Shown one piece after another: positions 9,302-18,813 of a stretch of 29,821 bases of DNA (positions are counted from its first letter, which is position 1; each line of letters opens with the position of its first letter). Location of the stretch: the NCBI GenBank assembly GCA_048882485.1, contig JBHLRP010000035.1, forward strand, positions 3,259 to 33,079. Direction: 5' to 3'. The notes beneath the pieces were generated by a model. It worked only from the letters and a program-made list of their open reading frames with translations, had not been told where the DNA came from and searched no databases. This DNA comes from Candidatus Thorarchaeota archaeon (GTDB lineage: Archaea > Asgardarchaeota > Thorarchaeia > Thorarchaeales > Thorarchaeaceae). Position numbers and translations under genes: made by a program.

Positions 9302-10009
9302 CTATTCCTCCTCATTCCGTTCTGAAACTCCATATATCAAACCAGAGCGCAGAAAGACCGACCTGTCGGCCAGCTTTGACACTGATGTTTGGTGAGTCAC
9401 TGCGATGACAGTGGTTCCAGTCTGCTTGTTGAGTGTCTGAAGGAGCTCCCAAATCACCTCAGATGTTTCCGCATCAAGGTTGCCTGTTGGTTCGTCAAGT
9501 ACAAGTATGGGCGGCTCTTTAGCCAAACCCCTAGCGATCGCTACTCGTTGCTGTTCTCCTCCACTCATCTGTGATGGATAGTTGTTTGCCTTGTCGAGTA
9601 TACCGACTAGCTCGAGGTATTTGCTAGCCCTATTGCGCATCTCGTGTTTGTCCTTTATTTCCATGGCGATGCCAATCTCTACATTCTCGAGAGCGGTGAG
9701 GGTGGGAAACAAATTATAGAATTGAAAGACTAGTCCGATGCTAGAGCGTCTGAATCTGGTCCGCTCATCTCTCTTCATTGAGGAGATGACTGATCCCTGT
9801 ACAGAAACCTCCCCTGATGTCGGCGTATCGAGGGCAGAGATCATGTTCAAGAGAGTTGTCTTGCCGGAGCCTGATTGGCCCAAAATGGCAACAAACTCAC
9901 CATCTGCGACATCTAGCGAAATCCCTCTCAGGGCATGGACTGTAGTTTCACCCATCCTGTATTCTTTTCTAAGGTCTGAGATCTCAACGAGGCTGTCTGT
10001 TGAAGTCAC
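9302..10009 (-). CDS. ABC transporter ATP-binding protein, LolD/MacB family
   Basis: Walker [10 protein letters not shown], signature MSGGEQQR, Walker [12 protein letters not shown]-loop VTH. Start moved to GTG 10009 (GGAGTGA upstream) from the track's 10117. Confidence 0.93.
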   Translation of the reverse strand: MTSTDSLVEISDLRKEYRMGETTVHALRGISLDVADGEFVAILGQSGSGKTTLLNMISALDTPTSGEVSVQGSVISSMKRDERTRFRRSSIGLVFQFYNLFPTLTALENVEIGIAMEIKDKHEMRNRASKYLELVGILDKANNYPSQMSGGEQQRVAIARGLAKEPPILVLDEPTGNLDAETSEVIWELLQTLNKQTGTTVIAVTHQTSVSKLADRSVFLRSGLIYGVSERNEEE

Positions 10010-10159
10010 CTTTCTTTCACTCCATTTGTGGTATGCATTAGGGCGTTTCTTAATATGAATGAACACGAAACGATTTCTCGCAGAGTGTAGGGAAAAGTTT
10101 CCCTTGCTCTGGTCCAATACTACATAAAGAAGTCTTTACCTATTTACTGTCAGAGCAAG

Positions 10160-10750
10160 ATGAACGATGTTCTGCCTGTATCAAAGGCACTATCCAATGC
10201 CACAAGGGTTCGAATCCTAGAGTATCTTCTCACCAAACGAGTCGCCAACAAAGGCGATGTAATGGAGGGGCTTGGGTTGGAACGTGCAACTCTGGAGCAT
10301 CATCTAAAACCTCTTGTGGATGCAGAATTGGTGTCCGTTATAGATGTCGTGATTGACAAGGTCAAGAACTCGCTTCTGTTTCCAGTAGCTTCAGTGAGTC
10401 TGGAAAAACGTCCAGAGATATCTGCCGAGGCCATGAGGGATGTTATTGGCACAGAGATTGAGAGCGACGTGAATCATGACGAGATTGAGGAGAACGCCCA
10501 AGCAGAAGTGAAGGCTGGTCGCTTGGATCCAGAGGATGCAGTTGCGATAGTAAGAACCCTGTTTGTCCACAGAGGTCGCGGCACTAAGAACATGTGCTCT
10601 GTGTGTGGCCGTATCAAAAAGATGGCTGACCTAACGCTGTGCGAGCGTTGTTTCAGACCTGCATGCATGAACTGCAACCAGACCATCAACAGGGAGGACG
10701 GGTATTCCGAATTTCTGTGTGATCGATGTGTGAATCAGCTATTCAGCTAG
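10160..10750 (+). CDS. ArsR-like winged-helix protein with C-terminal 8-Cys zinc finger
   Basis: KALSNATRVRILEYL...TLEHHLKPLVDAELV (ArsR/HTH_20 pattern); C-terminal CSVC-x11-CERC-x4-CMNC-x14-CDRC. Confidence 0.8.
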   Translation: MNDVLPVSKALSNATRVRILEYLLTKRVANKGDVMEGLGLERATLEHHLKPLVDAELVSVIDVVIDKVKNSLLFPVASVSLEKRPEISAEAMRDVIGTEIESDVNHDEIEENAQAEVKAGRLDPEDAVAIVRTLFVHRGRGTKNMCSVCGRIKKMADLTLCERCFRPACMNCNQTINREDGYSEFLCDRCVNQLFS

Positions 10751-10773
10751 ATGAAAATGCTTCACTGACAAAG

Positions 10774-10780
10774 TATAATA
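10774..10780 (+). promoter_or_regulatory. Candidate TATA box of the aro/tyr operon
   Basis: TATAATA preceded by purine-rich GACAAAG, about 250 nt upstream of the first gene. Confidence 0.5.
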
Positions 10781-10818
10781 GGGTTGTTTCCAAAGTCACC
10801 GGCTAAGTGATTCTCTCG

Positions 10819-10899
10819 ATGAATATAGAACTAGCCACGAACACTTGTGCGACAGGAAGAAACCAGTCGTATAGTGGCTATTATAGCTATTATCTGTAG
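10819..10899 (+). CDS. Putative tyrosine-rich leader peptide (26 aa)
   Basis: MNIELATNTCATGRNQSYSGYYSYYL*: five TAT codons among the last nine sense codons; GTGAT SD-like site at 10807; lies upstream of a tyrA-containing shikimate operon. Confidence 0.75.
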   Translation: MNIELATNTCATGRNQSYSGYYSYYL

Positions 10900-10923
10900 T
10901 CGAGAGTCACCGACGAATTCTGT

Positions 10924-10963
10924 CCTGCTCAGCAGGTTTCTATTCTGGTGATTCTATGCTTCT
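10924..10963 (+). terminator. Candidate attenuator terminator: short hairpin plus U/C-rich tract
   Basis: CCTGC-TCA-GCAGG (10924-10936) followed by TTTCTATTCTGGTGATTCTATGCTTCT. Confidence 0.5.
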
Positions 10964-11029
10964 AAGTGACAATACTCCAAATGCCATACCTCCTGACCGA
11001 TGGGCTCCAATTAGTGAAGGTGATTTCCA

Positions 11030-12427
11030 TTGACCAAGAGTGCCCAACTTGAGAGCCTGAGGAGCGAAATTGCTGATATTACTCTAGAGATTGTAGATTT
11101 GGTCGGGAGGCGGAACTCACTTGCTGAGGAGGTTGGTAGGGAGAAAGAACGACTTGGCTCTGCACTTGTGAATCGCGAGGTCGAGAAACGACTCAGGGCG
11201 GCAGTAATTGCACAATGCGAACAGAAGGGAGTGGATACGAATTTCGGACTCAGACTACTCAACCAGCTAATGGCAGAGTCGATACGAGTGCAAAGGAAAC
11301 GCACGAAGCAGCAGTTGGCTCTCGATGCGCACTACATCTTTGTCAAAGCTAAGGAGATGGAACGAGCCGGAAAGGAAGTCATCCATCTGGAAGTAGGTGA
11401 GCCAGACTTTGGTCCGCCCGATGCCGTGAAGAGGGCCATGATGGAAGCGGTTTCGAAAGGCCACACGCGTTACACACAGTCAATCGGTATTCCAGAACTT
11501 AGAACGAAGATCGCAAATCTACTAGGGTTACAATATCGGAGAGAAATTACTCCTGAAGAAGTGGTCATAACAGTCAGTGGTAAGTATGCACTGCATCTCA
11601 GCATGGCGGCAACACTCCGACCTGGAGATGAGGTAATACTAATCGATCCTAGTTTTCCAGCATATGCCGCAAGTGTCAGGGCACTCAACATGCGTCCTGT
11701 CCACATCTCAACCAAGCTGGAAGACAACTGGGACCTTGACCTTAGCCTTGTTGAGGATACCCTCAACGAGTCTACGCGGATGATTATTCTAAACAGTCCG
11801 TCCAATCCGACTGGCAAAGTATTGGATAAAGAAACACTGGTCGAGCTGAATGATTTGGCGGTCAAAAACAACATCATAATTCTCAGTGATGAGGTCTATT
11901 CCAAGTTTTCACTCAAGCCCCACTCGAGTATCCTGCAGGTTCCAGGTGCTAACCACATAGTAGCCAAGTCTTTCTCGAAGCCATATGCCATGACTGGATT
12001 CAGGCTTGGGTACGCTATCGCGGATTCTGATATCATCAAAAGGATGGCAGCTATTCAGTATCGCCAAGTGACTTGTGTACCAGAGTTCATCCAGCATGCG
12101 GGAATTGCTGCACTCGAATGCGAGAATGACGTTTCACGAAATGCATCAATAATCGAATCGCGCCTGAAGACTGCCAGTAGACTCCTTAGGCCTCTCCCTC
12201 TCACCTTCACTGAGTCCGAAGGAGGCTTCTACATATTCCTTCGGATGGCTAACGATGCAATGAGTGGACTGGAGTTTGCCGATCGGTTACTTTCAGAGAA
12301 AGGAGTCTGTGTTCAGCCCGGTGTATTATATGGAAGCCTGTTCTCATCATACTTCAGAATTTCAGTCTGTGCGTCCGACGAAGAGCTAGTAGAGGCAATA
12401 GCGCGTATAGGGAGGATTTTGGATTGA
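11030..12427 (+). CDS. Chorismate mutase (AroQ) - class I/II aminotransferase fusion
   Basis: N-terminal LESLRSEIADITLEIVDLVGRR...VGREK...REVE (CM type II); C-terminal LEVGEPDF, NSPSNPTG, SDEVY, SFSKPYAMTGFRLG (PLP Lys). Confidence 0.9.
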   Translation: MTKSAQLESLRSEIADITLEIVDLVGRRNSLAEEVGREKERLGSALVNREVEKRLRAAVIAQCEQKGVDTNFGLRLLNQLMAESIRVQRKRTKQQLALDAHYIFVKAKEMERAGKEVIHLEVGEPDFGPPDAVKRAMMEAVSKGHTRYTQSIGIPELRTKIANLLGLQYRREITPEEVVITVSGKYALHLSMAATLRPGDEVILIDPSFPAYAASVRALNMRPVHISTKLEDNWDLDLSLVEDTLNESTRMIILNSPSNPTGKVLDKETLVELNDLAVKNNIIILSDEVYSKFSLKPHSSILQVPGANHIVAKSFSKPYAMTGFRLGYAIADSDIIKRMAAIQYRQVTCVPEFIQHAGIAALECENDVSRNASIIESRLKTASRLLRPLPLTFTESEGGFYIFLRMANDAMSGLEFADRLLSEKGVCVQPGVLYGSLFSSYFRISVCASDEELVEAIARIGRILD

Positions 12428-13308
12428 GAGTGGCTATCATTGGCGCAGCCGGACAGATGGGAGGGTGGCTCATCAACCACTTTGTTTCTCAGGGACATAT
12501 CTTAGTGGTATCTGACGCTCGCAGCAATGCCCTTCGTGAATTAACTGAAACGCATGACCTAATCCTTGCTAGCAGCAACTCAGCAGCTGCGAAGGATGCT
12601 GATGTTGTAGTGGTATCCGTTCCAATCGCAAAGACGGCAGAAGTGATTCGGAACATAGCACCACAGATGAAGCAAGACGCGGTTCTATGCGAAATATCTT
12701 CAGTGAAGGGCGATATTCCCATAACTCTCCAAGAAGCATCCAAAAATGGAATTCGACCATTATGCATCCATCCGATGTTTGGTCCAGGTACGCGTTTTCT
12801 GAGGAAGAGAATCATTCTGATACCAACTGTGAATCTGACTGTTGAGGATGATCTTGTCGAAACTCTGTTTCCTGACTCTGAGATTATAGTTACAGACCCG
12901 GAGGAACATGATAGAATTATTGCACTAACCATCGCCTTGCCCTACTTCGTCAATATGGTCCTAGCCTCAGTATTGGCTGAAGAAGATGTCAGTTTGCTTG
13001 AGCAACTTGGTGGCACGACTTTCACGATGCAGCTCACCCTCACGGCGAGTGTTATGTCACAGTCCTTAGCCCTTCATTCGGCAATGCACATTGAAAACAG
13101 GCATGTGCTAGACCTGTTGCAGAAACTACAGCTCAGAACTGAGGAGAGCATCGCGAGCATCTCAGACAACAACCTTGACAATCTCGAAAAGATATTCTCG
13201 GAAGCGAAGGAGGGGCTTGGGGGCTGCATTGACCTTGAGGCGAAATACAGCGAGATGTATAGAGTACTTGAGGTTCTGAGGGGAGAGAATGGGATGGTGA
13301 AGCCGTGA
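12424..13308 (+). CDS. tyrA: Prephenate/arogenate dehydrogenase
   Basis: IIGAAGQMG Rossmann motif, EISSVKG, IHPMFGP, EEHDR. Confidence 0.92.
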   Translation: MRVAIIGAAGQMGGWLINHFVSQGHILVVSDARSNALRELTETHDLILASSNSAAAKDADVVVVSVPIAKTAEVIRNIAPQMKQDAVLCEISSVKGDIPITLQEASKNGIRPLCIHPMFGPGTRFLRKRIILIPTVNLTVEDDLVETLFPDSEIIVTDPEEHDRIIALTIALPYFVNMVLASVLAEEDVSLLEQLGGTTFTMQLTLTASVMSQSLALHSAMHIENRHVLDLLQKLQLRTEESIASISDNNLDNLEKIFSEAKEGLGGCIDLEAKYSEMYRVLEVLRGENGMVKP

Positions 13309-14390
13309 TAGAGGTTTCATTTGTTGTCAAAACAAACAGCAGAGAATATCCAGTATGTGTAGGTCAGAACATTCTGCCCCAAGTTGGTGATAGTGTTTCA
13401 GATACTGCAGATAGGGTCATCATTGTTACAGACGAAGGTGTTTCAAACATCTACCTAGACATGATCATCAAAGGCCTAAGCAACTCAGGCGTAGAAGCAA
13501 TCACAAAGGTCCTTCCATCGGGAGAAAGCATCAAGTCACTAGCTAGCACTGAGGAGCTATACCATTTCTTACTTGATAGACATGCTTCAAGGTCTGATAC
13601 TATTCTTGCTCTTGGCGGAGGAGTCATCGGAGACCTCGCTGGATTTGTCGCATCGACATACAAGAGGGGAATGGGCTTAATTCAAGCTCCAACTACTCTG
13701 CTGGCTCAAGTCGATTCAGCTTTGGGTGGGAAGACAGGTGTCAATCTTAAGGATGGAAAGAATCTGGTTGGTACATTCTATCAGCCAAATGCTGTTATAG
13801 CAGATGTTTCAGTTCTTGATTCTCTCCATGCTGATGATTTCGCTTCAGGACTTGGTGAAGTTATCAAATATGGGGCAATCATGGACAGGGAATTACTTGA
13901 CCTTCTTATGGACAATCGGGATGGGATTCTTGCACGAGAACCGAATATCATGTCCCAGATTGTAGAACGATGCTTGAGAAACAAGGCACGCGTAGTGGAG
14001 GAGGATGAGAGGGAGGAGAAGCGCCGGAGAGAGATTCTCAATTTTGGCCACACCATCGGTCATGCAATAGAAACCTGCTCTAGGCACAACATACCTCATG
14101 GCCATGCAGTAGCAATTGGGATGGTTGAGGAGGCTCGTTTCGCTATGAGGGAAGGTCATCTTGATGAGCAATCCCTAGATTCACTGGTTTCTATTTTGGA
14201 GGCTTTTGGCCTCCCCACTAGAATTCCTGAAGACGTGGATATGACTGAATTTGGAGATGTTATTCTGCAAGACAAGAAGATTCGACAAGGTCTGCTCATA
14301 CTCCCAATTCTAATTGAACTCGGTAGGGCTGAAATAAGGACTGTGGATGCGCCACACGCTCTAATCCCAAAAAGGGGAGGAGATAGATAG
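13305..14390 (+). CDS. aroB: 3-dehydroquinate synthase
   Basis: GGGVIGDLAGF, PTTLLAQVDSALGGKTGVN, KNLVGTFYQP, LNFGHTIGHAIE. Confidence 0.96.
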   Translation: MIEVSFVVKTNSREYPVCVGQNILPQVGDSVSDTADRVIIVTDEGVSNIYLDMIIKGLSNSGVEAITKVLPSGESIKSLASTEELYHFLLDRHASRSDTILALGGGVIGDLAGFVASTYKRGMGLIQAPTTLLAQVDSALGGKTGVNLKDGKNLVGTFYQPNAVIADVSVLDSLHADDFASGLGEVIKYGAIMDRELLDLLMDNRDGILAREPNIMSQIVERCLRNKARVVEEDEREEKRRREILNFGHTIGHAIETCSRHNIPHGHAVAIGMVEEARFAMREGHLDEQSLDSLVSILEAFGLPTRIPEDVDMTEFGDVILQDKKIRQGLLILPILIELGRAEIRTVDAPHALIPKRGGDR

Positions 14391-15466
14391 TGTTAGTAGT
14401 AATGTACAAAGAAGCAACAGAGAAGCAAATACAGAAAGTCATCGACTTAGTTGAGGAACTCGGATACACAGCAATCCCCAATCCTGGGGTGAGTCGAACT
14501 GTAATCAACATCACAGGAGAAGTGGATCTGCTCGACTCCGGTAGGCTTGAGGGCCTTCCGGGAGTCATGGATGTCATTCATGTAACCAAACCGTATAAGC
14601 TGGCAGACATTGAGTCAAATCTGGAGGGGACGGTCATTGAGGTTGGCAATGTAGAGATTGGAGGGCGTCGCCCCATAGTTATCGCAGGGCCCTGCAGTGT
14701 AGAGTCGAGGGAACAGATTCTCCAGGCCGCAGTTGCAGTGAGAGAAGGTGGTGGTGACATGCTCAGAGGAGGTGCATTCAAACCTCGGACTTCCCCATAC
14801 TCCTTCCAAGGTCTTGGTGTAGATGGTCTCAGACTTCTCGATGAGGCTCGCAAGAAAACAGGTCTCCCGGTAGTTTCCGAGGCTGTCGATGTTGAGAATT
14901 TCCCCGCTGTAGAAGCCATGGTTGATGTCATCCAGATCGGCGCTAGAAATATGCAGAATTACTCCCTACTAAAGCGCGCAGGACGAGCTAGAAAGCCGGT
15001 GTTGTTGAAGAGGGGGCTATCTGCAACACTCTCTGAGTTACTAGCTGCCGCTGAGTATATCATGGCAGAAGGGAATCATGACGTAATTCTATGCGAACGG
15101 GGTATCAGGACTTACAGTGATCACACACGCTTCACGCTTGACCTGAGTAGCATACCCGAGCTACGAAGGCTCACGCATCTCCCACTGATTGTGGACCCAA
15201 GCCATGCTGCAGGGAAAAGGGACATGGTTATTCCTCTTGCACGAGCCGGTCTCGCAGTTGGCTCGGATGGCATCATAATTGAGGTTCATCCGAAGCCCGA
15301 GGAAGCACTAGTAGATGGCCCACAGTCACTCACGCTTGATATGTTCCGCGAGTTCATGGAGAAGCTTCCCAAGAATGGGCTTTTGACTCACAGCCCGAGA
15401 TATGTGCACAACGGGACTAAGGAAACGCCAGCGGCATCTTGGACACAGAGCGAATCCGGGGAGTAG
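14390..15466 (+). CDS. aroF: DAHP synthase, type I-beta with N-terminal regulatory domain
   Basis: IAGPCSVES, RGGAFKPRTSPYSFQG, QIGARNMQN, LLKRG, CERGIRT, DPSH. Confidence 0.96.
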   Translation: MLVVMYKEATEKQIQKVIDLVEELGYTAIPNPGVSRTVINITGEVDLLDSGRLEGLPGVMDVIHVTKPYKLADIESNLEGTVIEVGNVEIGGRRPIVIAGPCSVESREQILQAAVAVREGGGDMLRGGAFKPRTSPYSFQGLGVDGLRLLDEARKKTGLPVVSEAVDVENFPAVEAMVDVIQIGARNMQNYSLLKRAGRARKPVLLKRGLSATLSELLAAAEYIMAEGNHDVILCERGIRTYSDHTRFTLDLSSIPELRRLTHLPLIVDPSHAAGKRDMVIPLARAGLAVGSDGIIIEVHPKPEEALVDGPQSLTLDMFREFMEKLPKNGLLTHSPRYVHNGTKETPAASWTQSESGE

Positions 15467-15480
15467 GTGGAGTTGAGAGC

Positions 15481-16161
15481 TTGACGAAGAAGAAGCTCTG
15501 CGTTTCACTGACAGAGCAATCCATTGAGGCATGCTCTAAAGCTATGACTTTGACTGATGCTGATTTGATAGAACATAGAATGGACTTCATGGATGGTATC
15601 GAGGGGCTGGCCACCATCTATGATGAATCGAAAGCTCCTATCATTGCTACATGCAGAACTCCTCAGGACGGAGGTCATTATATTGGTAAGGAGGAGGTCC
15701 GGATTGGTCATCTTGTTGAAGCATTATCAGCTGGGGCATCTTATGTCGACATTGAGCTAGATACTGATCCGACTCTGATGAGCAAGATTCGCACGGAGGT
15801 CGCAGCAAACAACTCCAAACTGATTGTATCGAAGCATTATATTGACTCAACCCCTGCTGTGTCGGAATTGCAGAATGTGCTGGACAGACTTGTCATTGCA
15901 GGAGCAGATATCATGAAGCTGGTCACCACTGCAATAACAATTGACGACTGCGGAAGAATATTGCACCTCTATCAGTCAAATAACAAGCCAGCTCGTCCGA
16001 TGATCGCATTTGCGATGGGTGACATTGGCAGATTCACAAGACTGACTGCGATGTTTCTTGGCGCACCTTTCATGTATGTATCACAAGACCAAGGTAAGCA
16101 AGCTGCTCCCGGACAAATCACATTATCAGAAATGAGGGCACTCCTGGAGGTACTAGGGTGA
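15481..16161 (+). CDS. aroD: Type I 3-dehydroquinate dehydratase
   Basis: EHRMD, IATCR, YVDIEL, SKH, DIMKL, AMG, APGQI. Start placed at TTG 15481 (track: 15439). Confidence 0.92.
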   Translation: MTKKKLCVSLTEQSIEACSKAMTLTDADLIEHRMDFMDGIEGLATIYDESKAPIIATCRTPQDGGHYIGKEEVRIGHLVEALSAGASYVDIELDTDPTLMSKIRTEVAANNSKLIVSKHYIDSTPAVSELQNVLDRLVIAGADIMKLVTTAITIDDCGRILHLYQSNNKPARPMIAFAMGDIGRFTRLTAMFLGAPFMYVSQDQGKQAAPGQITLSEMRALLEVLG

Positions 16162-17006
16162 AACGACTCGTAGTTGTCGGATATCCTCTGGGGCACTCAT
16201 TGAGCCCCGCGATGCATAATGCAGCGCTAGCTGAACTGGGTCTGGATGATGAGTTTAGATATGATGCTCTGCCACTTCCTAGTGACGAGCTTCGCGGATT
16301 TATGGAGTCTGTTCGAAATCGTGAGATTGAAGGCGCCAACATCACTATTCCTTATAAGACAAGGGTGATGGCTTACCTCTCAACCGTTTCTGCAGAGGGC
16401 AAGGCTGTAGGTGCAGTGAACACGCTCCATCGAAAAGATGGTCTGATAATTGGTGGTAACTCGGACATCATGGGTTTTATCGAAGCGATTAGAGAAAGGG
16501 GTGTGGATCCAAGAGGCATCAAAGCTGTAATTCTAGGAGCAGGAGGTGCGGCTAGGGCAGTTGCATATGGCCTTGCTGAAGCGGGAGCGACAAGACTGGG
16601 AATCTACAACCGCACTGTAGATGCGGCCTGGCGATTAGTATCAGTGATTGGCCGTGATAGACCATTGATAGTTTTCGCCAGGGCAAAACCAACTACAGAT
16701 GACCTAGATAAGACCAACCTAATTGTCAATTGCACACCAGTTGGAATGGCTGGTCACTCACTCAATGAATCACCTCTGGAGTCATCTAAGCTACCTAGTC
16801 ATGTTGCTGTGATGGATTTGGTATACAATCCGTTGAGGACTAAACTGCTCCTGGATGCTGAGCGTGCGGGATGCAAGACTATTGATGGAGTTGGAATGCT
16901 TGTCCATCAGGGAGCAATAGGCTTTCAGCTATGGACCAGCATGAATGCGCCTGTCAAGGTCATGAGGGAGGCCGTAATCCACGCATTAGGGGGCAAGAAA
17001 GCATGA
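16158..17006 (+). CDS. aroE: Shikimate dehydrogenase
   Basis: HSLSPAMHN, GANITIPYK, GAVNT, GAGGAARA, NCTPVGM, DLVYNP, MLVHQG. Confidence 0.96.
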   Translation: MKRLVVVGYPLGHSLSPAMHNAALAELGLDDEFRYDALPLPSDELRGFMESVRNREIEGANITIPYKTRVMAYLSTVSAEGKAVGAVNTLHRKDGLIIGGNSDIMGFIEAIRERGVDPRGIKAVILGAGGAARAVAYGLAEAGATRLGIYNRTVDAAWRLVSVIGRDRPLIVFARAKPTTDDLDKTNLIVNCTPVGMAGHSLNESPLESSKLPSHVAVMDLVYNPLRTKLLLDAERAGCKTIDGVGMLVHQGAIGFQLWTSMNAPVKVMREAVIHALGGKKA

Positions 17007-17527
17007 AGAAGGCCCAGAGAAGCATTAGTCTGATTGGTTTCATGGGCACTGGCAAGACAACAATAGGACGAGCCCTAGCTAATTCGCTCAGGCGCGATTT
17101 CATTGATACTGACTCACTCATTGAGGAGCGTGTGGGTAAGTCAATTTCTCGCATCTTCTCAGAGGATGGCGAACTATTCTTTCGTGACATAGAAGCCCAG
17201 ATCGTTAAAGAGGTGTGCGGATACAGATCTTCTGTTTTGGCTCTAGGAGGTGGAGCAATCCTCAATCCGAAAAGCGCCATCATTGTTAAGAGAAGCTCAG
17301 CTGTCGTACTTCTCAGGTCTTCAGTCGAAACCATCATTTCTAGGACGTCATCAAATAGGCTACGACCACTACTCGATGTTGCAGTTGGGGACCTGGTACA
17401 GAGAGTCGTAGCACTCCTCGCCGAAAGAGAGGCCGCATACTCTGAAGCAATGGACATTGAGGTACAAACTGACGCATTGAGTGTGGGAGAGGTTGTGTCA
17501 GAGATACTCAGGAGGTTGGAGATCTGA
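17003..17527 (+). CDS. aroK: Shikimate kinase (bacterial AroK/AroL P-loop type)
   Basis: GFMGTGKTT, DTD, GE.FFRD.E, LGGG, RPLL. Start ATG 17003 overlaps the aroE stop. Confidence 0.94.
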   Translation: MKKAQRSISLIGFMGTGKTTIGRALANSLRRDFIDTDSLIEERVGKSISRIFSEDGELFFRDIEAQIVKEVCGYRSSVLALGGGAILNPKSAIIVKRSSAVVLLRSSVETIISRTSSNRLRPLLDVAVGDLVQRVVALLAEREAAYSEAMDIEVQTDALSVGEVVSEILRRLEI

Positions 17528-18813
17528 GGGCTATAGTTCATCGCTCCACTGTCAATGGCGTTGTGGTTGCGCCCCCATCCAAAAGCTACACACACAGAGC
17601 CATCGTATGCGGTCTTCTTTCTAATGGTACTACAAGAATTCAGAATACCCTCCTTAGCGATGATACAAAGGCCACCTTGCGAATCTCAGAGATGTTGGGC
17701 GCAGAAGTTCATGTAGGGAATGACACGGATATTATAGGACCGGATGTGCTCAAGGCACCTCTTTCAGAGATGGACTGTCATGGCTCTGGTACTACGCTCA
17801 GAATCTTCACAGCATTGTCCGCTCTAGCATCAGGAAGATGCGTTCTGACGGGTGATGCGACTCTGCGGAGGAGACCCATCGGAAACCTACTTGATGGCCT
17901 GCGTCAGCTCGGAGCGGGTGCAAAGTCTTTGGGTGGGAATAACCTTCCACCCGTGGAGATTTGTGGTCAGGACTTCACTGGCGGCACGGTGAGAATTCGT
18001 GGTGATGTGACATCCCAGTACATAACTGCGCTTTTGTTCGCTTGTTCAAGAGCCAAAAGTGATACAGAGATAGAACTCACAACCGAATTGGGGTCGCGCC
18101 CATATGTTGAGATGACCTTGGATGTCATGCGCTCATTCGGCGCTGAGGCTAGGCCGTCTAATGATTGGAGGAGTTTCTCAGTTCCAGGAAACCAAGTGTA
18201 TCAGTCACAGGACTACTCTGTCGAGGGAGACTTCTCTTCGGCTGCATTTCTATTAGCGGCGGGTGCTCTCACGGGAAGAGTGAAGGTGAAAGGTCTTCGA
18301 GGGGACTCAATACAGGGAGATGCCGCTGCTGTCGGTCTATTCGAGTCTATGGGCGTCGAGATTAGTCATGATGTCGACAGTTTCACTGCCAGCCGCAACG
18401 AGATTCAGGCCATTGAGATTGATGCATCACACATCCCTGATCTAGTGCCAGTGATGACCGTGCTGGCGACTCAGAGCAATGGCACCACGACGATATACAA
18501 TGCAGGACGGTTAAGGTTCAAAGAAAGTGATAGACTCTCATCAACAACTCAGGAGCTTCGGAAAATGGGCGCACAGATTACAGAATCGAGCGATGGGTTG
18601 ACTGTTAGGGGTCCAACTGCTCTTCGTGGAGCGGTTATTGATCCCCATAAAGACCATCGCATTGCTATGGCAGGAGTAATAGCAGGACTAATTGCAGATG
18701 GTCAAACTGTAGTTGAAGACATTGAGTGTGTAACAAAGAGCTACCCTAGCTTCGTGGAAGACATCCAATCCATCGGCGCCCAGGTTGAGTTGGAATCAGG
18801 AGGAATTATATGA
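17524..18813 (+). CDS. aroA: EPSP synthase (3-phosphoshikimate 1-carboxyvinyltransferase)
   Basis: PPSKSYTHRA, GSGTTLR, RRPI, SQY, SRPYVEMT, RFKESDR, DHRIAM, KSYP. Probable CTG start at 17524 (track: GTG 17563). Confidence 0.95.
   Translation: MRAIVHRSTVNGVVVAPPSKSYTHRAIVCGLLSNGTTRIQNTLLSDDTKATLRISEMLGAEVHVGNDTDIIGPDVLKAPLSEMDCHGSGTTLRIFTALSALASGRCVLTGDATLRRRPIGNLLDGLRQLGAGAKSLGGNNLPPVEICGQDFTGGTVRIRGDVTSQYITALLFACSRAKSDTEIELTTELGSRPYVEMTLDVMRSFGAEARPSNDWRSFSVPGNQVYQSQDYSVEGDFSSAAFLLAAGALTGRVKVKGLRGDSIQGDAAAVGLFESMGVEISHDVDSFTASRNEIQAIEIDASHIPDLVPVMTVLATQSNGTTTIYNAGRLRFKESDRLSSTTQELRKMGAQITESSDGLTVRGPTALRGAVIDPHKDHRIAMAGVIAGLIADGQTVVEDIECVTKSYPSFVEDIQSIGAQVELESGGII

Noticed and set aside
10010-10117. 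N-terminal extension of the ABC ATPase in the track
   Set aside because: Family homology and SD indicate GTG 10009; the region is probably the divergent promoter
10807-10910. Long irregular stem-loop considered as T-box riboswitch stem I
   Set aside because: No UGGNACC T-box antiterminator bulge downstream; the Tyr uORF explains the region better
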